From assembly GCA_964482725.1 (NCBI GenBank), contig CAYZYT010000001.1:86318-150317 (forward strand): a DNA stretch of 64,000 nt, written 5' to 3'. Positions 1 through 9,200 of the stretch are shown piece by piece. Below the pieces are notes generated by a model. It was not told the origin of the DNA. It saw only the letters and a list, made by a program, of their open reading frames with translations, and did not search any database. Position 1 is the first letter of the stretch, and each line of letters begins with the position of its first letter. Position numbers and translations under genes: made by a program. The stretch comes from an uncultured bacterium. GTDB lineage: Bacteria; Omnitrophota; Omnitrophia; Omnitrophales; Aquincolibacteriaceae.

Positions 1-339
1 CAGAAGTTCGGCGTGATGGATCTTGGCGAGAGCCGCTGCAAAACTATCCGCATACGGAAGTTTCTGAAGAGCTTTATAGAGGGAAGCTTTCCGGGTGATC
101 GCCTCGTCGGCAGGAACAAGCTCGATGGGGAGAGTTTCGATAAGCTTCGCGACCTGCTCGGCCTTCTCAAGACCACACCGGCGGATCAGGATATAGTAAA
201 CTTCCCCCCAATTCACGATGCTCATAAGAAGACACTCGCCACGCTCCACGGCACCCGCGAAAGCGGTTTTCACCTTCTCGAATCCTTTTCCCCGTTCAAG
301 AAAAGTGATGAGAGCCGATGCGTCCAAAACCTTCGTCAT
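1..339 (-). CDS. vapC: PIN-domain toxin (VapC family), runs off the window edge
   Basis: Not in ORF track. My translation from ATG 339 is MTKVLDASALITFL...SIVNWGEVYY...LPYADSFAAALA, with the PIN acidic residues (LD, E, AD). ATGA overlap with the antitoxin stop. Confidence 0.9.
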   Translation of the reverse strand, partial: MTKVLDASALITFLERGKGFEKVKTAFAGAVERGECLLMSIVNWGEVYYILIRRCGLEKAEQVAKLIETLPIELVPADEAITRKASLYKALQKLPYADSFAAALAKIHHAELL

Positions 340-578
340 GGCTTTTCTTCCCGATCTTTCTCCTGGCGCCGCGCCTGGAGCAGGTCCTTAAGCATCTGGC
401 CCTTGGAAGGAACGATTCCGGCCATCTGATCAAAATAATCCTCAGTGATAGGTTGAAGAATGACCTTTCCCTCGGATTCCACGATACAAAGCCGAGTCGC
501 CCGGGTAATGTTCAGACGTTTGCGGATCGCGGAAGGAATCACCACCTGGCCCTTAGTCGTCATAGAAGTGATCGTCAT
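336..578 (-). CDS. AbrB/MazE/SpoVT-family antitoxin
   Basis: MTTKGQVVIPSAIRKRL swapped-hairpin motif; directly upstream of the PIN toxin; GGAGG RBS. Confidence 0.9.
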   Translation of the reverse strand: MTITSMTTKGQVVIPSAIRKRLNITRATRLCIVESEGKVILQPITEDYFDQMAGIVPSKGQMLKDLLQARRQEKDREEKP

Positions 579-653
579 ATTTCTTACCTCCAGATATAAG
601 TATTACATATATCAAGAAGTAAGTCAACATTATGAAATTCTTACTTTACCCAA

Positions 654-1274
654 TTACCGGTTCCGGAGATAGGCTTTTTGTTTCACGGGATGGCGATCTT
701 CAAAGTAGGCGAGGTGTTTCTTGCCGGGGAATTTTCCGTTATAGGTGATAACGAGATCCGCCTGTGAAATATCCGAGGGGATATTATTGAAAACAAAAAA
801 GACACAATCGTGCTCCCCGTTCTCCCACACAAAGGGAAGCCTCTCCTTTTCTTTCGGGAACTCGAGTTCCGGCGCGAGCCCTTTTTCCATCGCCCCGTCA
901 TAGATCCTCGATGGCTCAAAGATTCGCGCCTCCTTCCCTGCCGGGGTCCGCTCGATCAACCGGATCCGGTCGACCTGAATCCTTGCCTGAGCTTTCGAGG
1001 ATGTCAGCTCAAAATTGAGACTTCCCGTCAGAACCGTTTGTGCGTCACCCTTTTTCCGTTCGCCCACGAGCATCCCGACGCCCATAAACACATCCCCGAT
1101 CGAAACATTCACAAGTCCCCCGCCTTTCTCGAAAGGGTACTGGATCTCCTCCACCACGACCGGCGTCGCATCCGAAGCGATCCCCACACCTCCCTGCGCT
1201 CGGAGATAGGCATACCCTCCGAAGAATACCAAGATTCCGATCAACCCCAAACACAAGATCTTAAAATAGGCCAT
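654..1274 (-). CDS. Hypothetical membrane-anchored or exported protein
   Basis: Start reassigned to ATG 1274 (GGAGGTGG RBS); N-terminal hydrophobic helix; no recognisable domain. Confidence 0.6.
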   Translation of the reverse strand: MAYFKILCLGLIGILVFFGGYAYLRAQGGVGIASDATPVVVEEIQYPFEKGGGLVNVSIGDVFMGVGMLVGERKKGDAQTVLTGSLNFELTSSKAQARIQVDRIRLIERTPAGKEARIFEPSRIYDGAMEKGLAPELEFPKEKERLPFVWENGEHDCVFFVFNNIPSDISQADLVITYNGKFPGKKHLAYFEDRHPVKQKAYLRNR

Positions 1275-1340
1275 ACTCCACCTCCGTGAGTGTTTCCAGA
1301 CACAAAGATCAAGCGTCACGAGAGAAAAAGAAATCAAAGT

Positions 1341-1406
1341 AACGGGACGCCGTCCGGGGGGAGACGTAAGGTGGTGTTAACCTCTCCCTGTGGACGGCGT
1401 CCGGTT
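1341..1406 (-). terminator. Long imperfect hairpin followed by U-rich tract downstream of the HEPN gene
   Basis: GGACGCCGTCC (1345-1355) pairs with GGACGGCGTCC (1392-1402), plus inner GGGAGA/TCTCCC. Confidence 0.45.
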
Positions 1407-1429
1407 TACGGTTTACGCGATTTACTGAT

Positions 1430-1825
1430 TTAGACACGCGCCAGCTTAAAAACTTTTCGAACAAAGAACAGGTAATCGGCGACTTCCTTTTCCGTGATCA
1501 ATTCGCCACCGCCATAGAGGTCCTGGTTACGCTTCATCCGCATCCCGTTTCCGAAGGTCAGGATATCCGGATCTTTCAGTATCTCGCTCATCCGTTCCAG
1601 GATCTTTACATGATGCCCCGGTATACTGCGCACCTTCAAGCCTTCCCGGGCCAACAGGGCGATCCCAACCTTCATGAGCGCCTGAAAAGCATAAGTAAAA
1701 CGCACTTCTGGAAAACGATCTTTTTCCGCGATCTCCAGGTCCCGACGCGCACTCGCAAAACGCTTGCGAACCTCTTCTGGCAGAAACTTCTGCTTTTGGA
1801 AAAAATCTCCACCAGCGACTGTCAT
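1430..1825 (-). CDS. HEPN-domain protein (SAV_6107-like), toxin partner of MNT
   Basis: Helical; A..DL..A, GHH and R.KRN..LY motifs; overlaps the MNT stop. Confidence 0.75.
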   Translation of the reverse strand: MTVAGGDFFQKQKFLPEEVRKRFASARRDLEIAEKDRFPEVRFTYAFQALMKVGIALLAREGLKVRSIPGHHVKILERMSEILKDPDILTFGNGMRMKRNQDLYGGGELITEKEVADYLFFVRKVFKLARV

Positions 1826-2364
1826 AAAAGTCGAATTTTCTTTTTACCAGCAAGGGATTTGAGAAACGGATCTTTCTTGAGTTTTTCTTTATATTCCTTC
1901 GACCCCATGCTGATCAGATTGATTTCACGATCCATTTCTTTCTGGAGCCCTGTAATGGCGCTCTGAAGCGCCAACGTGTCATGCCTCCCCACCACTAGAA
2001 GATCAATATCGCTCGCAGCATCCATGGTTCCTTTGGCATAAGAACCAAAAATAAAAGCTTGCTCGACCCCTTGAACTCCGGAAACTGCTTCACGAAGCTT
2101 TTGCTCAAAACCTATTGTCTTAAGCACGATCCCCCTATATTCCTTAAAAAGCGGATACTCGCGGTTCAAGGAGTAATAGCAGGCATTTGCGCTGTCGCGA
2201 CACTTGAGGATACCCTCCCCGGCAAGCGCCTTGAGCTTCCGGGACAGGTTCCCGTCATCCAGAGAAAATTTTCGGGCCATTTCATTGACATAGAGCTCCG
2301 CATCCTCATGGAGGAAAAGGTATCCCAAAACCGCCTTCGTTTCTTTCGCTCTCAAGCTGATCAT
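1822..2364 (-). CDS. wHTH + minimal nucleotidyltransferase (MNT) antitoxin
   Basis: FGSYAKG...SDIDLLVV nucleotidyltransferase motif; N-terminal helix-turn-helix. Confidence 0.88.
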   Translation of the reverse strand: MISLRAKETKAVLGYLFLHEDAELYVNEMARKFSLDDGNLSRKLKALAGEGILKCRDSANACYYSLNREYPLFKEYRGIVLKTIGFEQKLREAVSGVQGVEQAFIFGSYAKGTMDAASDIDLLVVGRHDTLALQSAITGLQKEMDREINLISMGSKEYKEKLKKDPFLKSLAGKKKIRLL

Positions 2365-2375
2365 ATCAACCCTCC

Positions 2376-2426
2376 TCTGTTATAAGTTACAGTAATCACT
2401 GTAACTTATAACAGAACTATTGTCAA
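2376..2426 (-). promoter_or_regulatory. Sigma70-type promoter overlapped by a perfect 18-bp-arm palindrome (probable autoregulatory operator of MNT-HEPN)
   Basis: TTGACA (2421-2426)-N17-TACAGT; TCTGTTATAAGTTACAGT-aatc-ACTGTAACTTATAACAGA at 2376-2415. Confidence 0.75.
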
Positions 2427-3277
2427 ACGCCACTTTCGAGCCCAAACTTTTCGAGCCGCTCTTTGAGGTGGTCCTGCACCTGCGGCAAAAGACTCCCGAA
2501 ATATTGATGATAAGGCCCCTGGCCCGCGAGCATATTATCCCGGGTCCAGGCAAGCATCTCCTTCTCCCAGGCCTCGTCACCCGTGATTTCCATCGTCCGC
2601 TGCACCACGGGATGAAGCATTACCCATCCGGATTCCCCAAAAGCCGCAAACACTTCCTCTTTTAGGACAAGCATCCTTTCGTAAGATTCCTTTGCCTCCC
2701 CAAACTTCCCCGCATGTTCAGCTAACATCGCCTGCTTACCTAAACGGCGGATCTCCGTGTCCTCGAGAAGCTTTTTTTCTAAAAAATTTTTCTGGGACCC
2801 ATAATCAGCCCTGTAAAAATCACCGACTTTATCGGTCTGCTTCTTTTTGTTACCCTCTCCGGATTTTTACTCCTCAACCTTTCCCCCGCGCTTCTGCGCT
2901 TCGATCTTCTTGAGAAGACGCCGTTTTGTTTCTTCGTATTTCATTCGTCCAGGTAAGGTCAAATTCCTCCTCAGAAGCCAGTCGGTCTCCTCCATAGCCA
3001 AATAGTAATCACCGTTTTTCTCGTAAAATCTCAACAATGATCCCCTCGCGACCACTTCTGTGTCGTCGTTTTTCGCCATACGAAGAGCTTTTTTATAACA
3101 ATCAAGCGCCTCCTGCTTTTTTCCGCTCAAAGCTAATTGGTCGCCCTCATTTAATAAAGAGTAATATTTTACTAAAAGGCTTTCCGTTGTCTCAGTGGAC
3201 GCTGACACAGCAAAGCCTTCTACAGCAAAAAAAAGAATAAGAAATACGATTGAACTCTTACTATATATTTCCTTCAT
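2423..3277 (-). pseudogene. Exported TPR-like protein interrupted by a single in-frame TAA (2867-2869); candidate immunity or partner gene of the giant protein
   Basis: ORFs 2867-3277 and 2423-2728 share a frame and the 46 codons between them are open; signal peptide; TPR-like EALDCYKKAL; start overlaps the giant gene stop. Confidence 0.65.
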
Positions 3278-6200
3278 CCTTCTAACCTCGATTCGAATAG
3301 AATGGGATCTATTGAATAAACTTTTCTTGTATCATCGTAGCTAACACCCATCCTTCCGCCATTAAGAAGATCGAAAAGCTGAACGACATTCGATGATGCA
3401 AGGCTTAGCTCTCTCATAAATAAGCTCGTTTTTCGGGCGATCTCACGCTCTTCGGCGCTGCCGTACTCAAAAGAGGAATCATAGCTGAAATCGTCGTGCC
3501 CGGCACCCAGGATTTCGATATTGCACTGATTGGGAAGCGCCGTGACATTCCCATTTTCGTCCACGATCTTAAAATCGCGCTGATCCAGAAGGGGCACTGC
3601 AAGACCGGGCTTCACACCACGCACGCGAACAAGCGTCTCAAGATAAGGATCATCGATAATCGCGTCTCCCACATACGGTCCCTCATAAACGACAAGCGTC
3701 TTGATCCGGGAACGATAGTCGTCCGGCATATGCTCCAACGCTTCGATCATAGGCTGAAAATTCCCCGAATGCGAAAAATGGGTGAACTTCATATTGGGAT
3801 CAAGGCCAAATTCCCGCTGGTTCAATTCGATAAGATCAACATAACTCTTCAATTCCCTTTCGATCTCATCGCGCATAAAATTGCACCCGAACCAGGTATC
3901 GGCCATCCACCGGAACACATTCCCAACGAGCGAGGTCTCTTCATAGAGCGTCACGGGAAGTGAACTCGTTGTAAGTATATTCCCATGCCGGTCACGGGCG
4001 ATGTTCCCGTCCGAATCAAAAAGCACGATGCCCGGAGTGCCCTTTTCCGCCTGGTCTGACTTAAGATCATTGATGAACTCCATGATGAGACCAGGGACAG
4101 CGTCGGGTGATTGATGCGTATTCCAGAATCCATTGCCGAATATAAACGCTACCAGCTGAGCTACGGATTCGGAGGAAAGATTCGTATTAAAATTATAAAA
4201 GAGCGGGTTCAGGTCCTGGAGGTCCGGTGCGATCGAAAAATCAAACGTGAATCGACCGTCTGCCGTCAGATAATGAGAAATCCCAAGATTATAATTGGTG
4301 AACTCAATAGCTCCGGAGGCATTGAACGATAGACGTCCGTATGTTTCCCCCGTCCAATCCCGGAACGAGATCTCCCGAACCAGGCCCTTGGGATCGAGAA
4401 GATCCCGGCGAGTCGTTCCATCAGGCATCCGTTCCTCGACAATCACTTGGATGATCCTTCCCTCCTCATCAACATCCCAACGGATGAGGCGCGGCTTACG
4501 ACCGTTGGAGTATTCCTCATAAATAGCGCGGATCTCAAGCCGTGTCCCTCTGGGGACATAAATAAAATTAATCGTCTTACCGTTCTTCGCCAGCTTCAGC
4601 AGCTTCGCGGACTCGCCCGCATAGATGATATCATCGGCAGAAGGCATTCCCCGCTCGATCCACTGGCTCAAACTCTCCCCGGCGCCCGTAAACTCCTGCA
4701 ACGCTTCCCGCGTAAACAGAGCGATCGCATACTGCTCGAGGCCTTCCGAAAAACCAAGATCTCGGATCGAGCCAAAAAGCTGCGCCAACATGGCCGGATC
4801 CAAAGAATGATAAATCGATTCGTCTACGGATTTGATAAGACTGTCGACAACGCTAAACCGCGTTGGCGAGGCTATGAAATCTCCGAAAAGGCCCGCGACG
4901 ACCCGGCTGGAAAAAGAACCGAGAAGCGAATCATCAAGGCCCCACCGAGCCATCAAAAACTCCGCGCTTACAGAGAGAACACCCCCCAAAGTTTCTCGGC
5001 TCAAAACAGCCTCTTTGATGAAGCCGAAGATCCCGGACGGATTAAAATCGATGGAACCGTTCCCCAGGAAAGCACCGGCAATATTTTCGGTGATGGCGGC
5101 GATCGGGGATCCTAATAATCGCATCAACCGGGGATCGAAGCCCATGGATCGGCTGACGAGTTCGAGACCGCCCAAGGTGAGTTGGGAAGCCATATGGGGA
5201 GCGATCTGGAGAAGACCGGCTTTGAGTGTAAGACTTGGATCAAAAAAAGCGGTTAAGCTCTGCGTGGCAACCAGAGAAAGGAGATTCGCGAACGGCGGGG
5301 CAAGGCCTCTTCTGAGCGCGATTTCGGAAACGCCCTGCATCGCAAGATGTTGAAGCCCTGCGTGCATAAAACTCGATGTGGCACTGCCAAGCCCTAAAAA
5401 TCCACCTCCCACAAAAGCTCCGGCAAGCTGCGTAAGCCTCGAATCCAGGCCCAATCCCTCAAGCCCTTTGGAAACACCGATCGTCAGCCCTGCCGCAACA
5501 AGCTGACGGGCCACATTCTGCGCAAAACTGAATGCATAGCCGGTCGTCACACCCTCCTTGATAATGGCCTGGGCAGGCGCTAACAAAAAATCCTTCACTT
5601 TGATAAGCCCGGACCCGATCGCATTCAATCCGCCTGAAAAACATTCCTTCAGAAAAACAAAGCCATTCTGAAAAAACCGGCCGACATAGGTCACGGAGTC
5701 CCAGAGCATCTTGCTGATATATAGAAAGCCCTGCTTGATCGTCTCAAAAACAGATTGTTGAGCAATACTCGAAAAAACCGCCTGCATCCCTTGAACGATA
5801 AACCCGCCGAGTCCGGCCACGATCCCGAGGATCCCCGCCACAAGCGCCGCATAGCCAAGGATTTTTCCGAATGCCGGGCTAAAGATCGAAACCACCCCAC
5901 TTGCGGCGGTCAACACAAGCGAAGCCACGAAAAAAAAGATGAACCAAAAAGCCCCTCGGATCTCCATAGCCTCCTGGTCCGAAAGTGCTTTCTCGAGAAT
6001 TGCCTGCTCTTCGGAAACCAGCAAAGGCCCGGCATTGTCTTCTGAAACCCAGACCTTGAGGAATTGTTCTTTCGTGATCGTCACCGATTCACCGTCCGTG
6101 CCCTTGCCTGCCTCCCGGTAAGTCACCTCGGCATCCGTCACTTTTTCAAGCATCACAAAATGATCTTCCCCGATATGCGCGATCATTCTCAAAGTGCAGG

Positions 6201-9200
6201 CACCGGCGGAAGACCCGCAAGCGGATCGATACATCGATCGAAGATCCTCGAAAGTGTATTTCCCCGCAGAGAAATTCCGGGCGTGGATCGCCGCCGTCCG
6301 GTCCAAGGCGAACAGGGAGATCAAAAGATCGCCTTCGGAGAATTTATGGATCACGCCCGTCAGAATATCGATCAAGATCGCTTCTTTCGCGATCACGTCC
6401 ATCGACACGTTCACGCCCTTCGAGGCCAACATCGCCTGGAGCGAAAGAAACGCTGACTGGCCAAAGTGAAGATCTCGGCTCCGCAACCATCCGAGGATCT
6501 TTTCCGTATCTTGTCGGGTGAGACTGACCGCTTCGGAAGGATCGAGTTTCAAATTTTGCAATAATTGCGCCCGAACCTCCAGAGACGCTGTCAGATATTC
6601 TTCCAGAAAGCTTTGGACCGCCCCGAGAATGGCCGCTTTTTGAGCCTCGCGCGTCGCCTTTTCCGAAGAATTTTGAAGTTCACTCCTGAGCGTCTCCGTA
6701 TCAAGCCGGCCCGCCGTCTTTGAACGGTTCACCCATTCATCGAATTCCTGCCGGGAGGCATCACGGCCGAGGATCCTTCTGAAAAAGTCCGTGATAATCG
6801 GTTCTATCTCCTGACGCAGAACATCCAGAAGGAACTCCTGTTTTTTTTGTTCCAGCTCCTGCCTTTTTTCGGCAGTCGCCTGTTCGATCTCCGATTTTTT
6901 GGATGCGACCGCGCCCGGGATCTCGGCCAACTGCATTTCACCGACCGCTATAAGTTCGGATCGCTGACCTGCCAAACGATTGATCGCATCCTGGATGCCC
7001 GGGACTTCGAACGTTTCTTCATGGCAGGATTTCCAAAAAACAAAACTACGGCATGTTTTTACATTCCGGAAACGCTGCGCTTGCAAGACTGCGATCTGAG
7101 TTGAGATCTGCCGCGCCCCGGCCTCCACGCTTTCTTTGATCTGCAAACGCGCGGCTTCATCCTGCCCGGCCAGACGATAATATGCGTCAAATTTCGCCTG
7201 CTCGATCTGCTGCTGAAACCTTTGGGATTCGGCTTCAAAATCACTGCGAGCTTTCACAAGCGTGATCTTCTTCAAGACTGCCTCGTTAGAATCCTGGCAT
7301 CCTCCCACCGGGCATTCATATTCATGGACCGCCACAAGATCGCCGACCGTGTTATAAGTCTCCCGGATCTTTCCGAACTCATAATAGGCTTTCATGCCAT
7401 CGATACGGCTCGTATAAATGATCTGCCCTTGAGCATCGTAAACCGTGGTGCTTTGCGTATCCTGAGACACCTTAAGTTTTTGGTAGCGCTCCAAAAATGG
7501 GCTGTAGGCCTCCGGGACCGCCAACGGGATATTCAATAACATCGGGGTATTTAAAAACAGAGGTTTTGTTTCCCCCGAGACAACAACCGTCTCGCTCCTT
7601 TCCTCTACAGTCGAAAAGAAACCCACCCCTGTCTTCTCGCGACCTTGGCCCATACCAAGCCCTTGGGCACCGAAAAAAGTCCATGGGCTGTTCGAGACCG
7701 ACGCCTGACGGATCTGCGCGGCACCCAACCCTTCCAAAAGCGTCAAGATTTCGTTACCGGCTTGTGAAAAGGAGCCGTCGGAAACCGCCATCGCGACCGC
7801 TTCGCCGGGTTTGATCCCTAAAAGAAAATTCTTGATCCTTGCGCGATCTCCGGACGATCCAAAACTTCCGGCGCAAAGATCCCACTGGTTCATCCCCGCC
7901 TTATAGACAGCAAACAAAAACCCGTTCCCCTCATGTTGGGCAATCTCTTGACCGCTCTCATCAAAAAGTTTCTGCGTTGTATCCGAAACAAGTTTCACTT
8001 CTTTTGGGAATGGAACTCCGTTGAACGCGATTTGGGACCGCTCGAAATGCGTATAGCCCGTCACGAGGCCAAGCGCATCCAAGACATACGAAAAAGTGTG
8101 CGTAACCCCGCTCGCGGATTCCGTCTTTGTGAGACGACCTGCGGTGTCATAGCTAAAAAACCATTCGCCGATCTTCAGTCGGATGCCGGTCCATCGATCC
8201 ATCTCGTCTTGTAAAAGCTCGTAAGTTTCCGCTTCAGGAAGAGCAATGGTGAAAAGCTGTCCATCCGGAAAACGCCCCCGGACCGGCACAGAGCGCTCGA
8301 TCTCCAGGATCAATCCGTCCGGAAACTGGATCTGCCCACTCAGGATATTCTGGTCGGAATCGAACGAAAGATTGACTCCATGCCCCCCGCCGGCAAGGGT
8401 CACCTCGCCGGTCCCATCCCTTTTGAAATCAAAAAGAACCTGCGACCCGTCCTGAGCCTCATACCCGATCAGATTCACCGCGCGCAATCCTGTCGCAGAG
8501 AAAAGTCTGGCAGGAAGGTCCTCTTCCGAAAAGCTCGCCTCCGGACCAGGCGCTTGTGTGTAGTCGGAATATTCATACAAGAAACCGTCCTTCGTAAGAT
8601 GCTTGATCAAGTCCCCATTTGAATCATAGAACCATGTCGTTCCTCGCTCATCCGTCACTTGTGTTCCGTCCCCAACAAAAGCATATTGCGTGCTGTTGAG
8701 GGCACGGCTGTTATAGGTCATTTGAGCGCCGATCAATTTCCCGTTCTCGTAGCTATAGCGCGTCTGAAGTTGATCCGGATCGGTCGCCGAAAGAAGTTTC
8801 CCGTCCTTGAACCGGCGTTCTTCTCCGCTTAGCCCATCCTTAAAAACGGTGATCTCTTGGCCGTCTGCATCAAATTCATAAAATAAAAGATATTCGCGAC
8901 CATCCGTCTGGATGATCTTTTGGAGGGCGCCATAGTGATAGTTGATCGTCCCCCCCGTAGACGTTTCACCAGGCGCCCCGATCGTTCCCTGCGACGAGTT
9001 GCCCGACACGGCATACTCGTGAACGGTTCCATCCGGCAAGGTCATGCGACTGACATTTTGTCCCCGAAGCTCCACCTGCGTTCCGTCGAGACGTTTAAAA
9101 TTAACAAGCTCACCGTCCCCCTCAAGGACATTTTGATAGTTCAAAACGGTGGGAATATCCAACAGCTCGGCCAGCGGCGGATAAACAACCGGAGTTTTTG

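Noticed and set aside
1341-1416. Hairpin as an integron attC site
   Set aside because: Lacks proper RYYYAAC/GTTRRRY ends; no integrase or repeated array.
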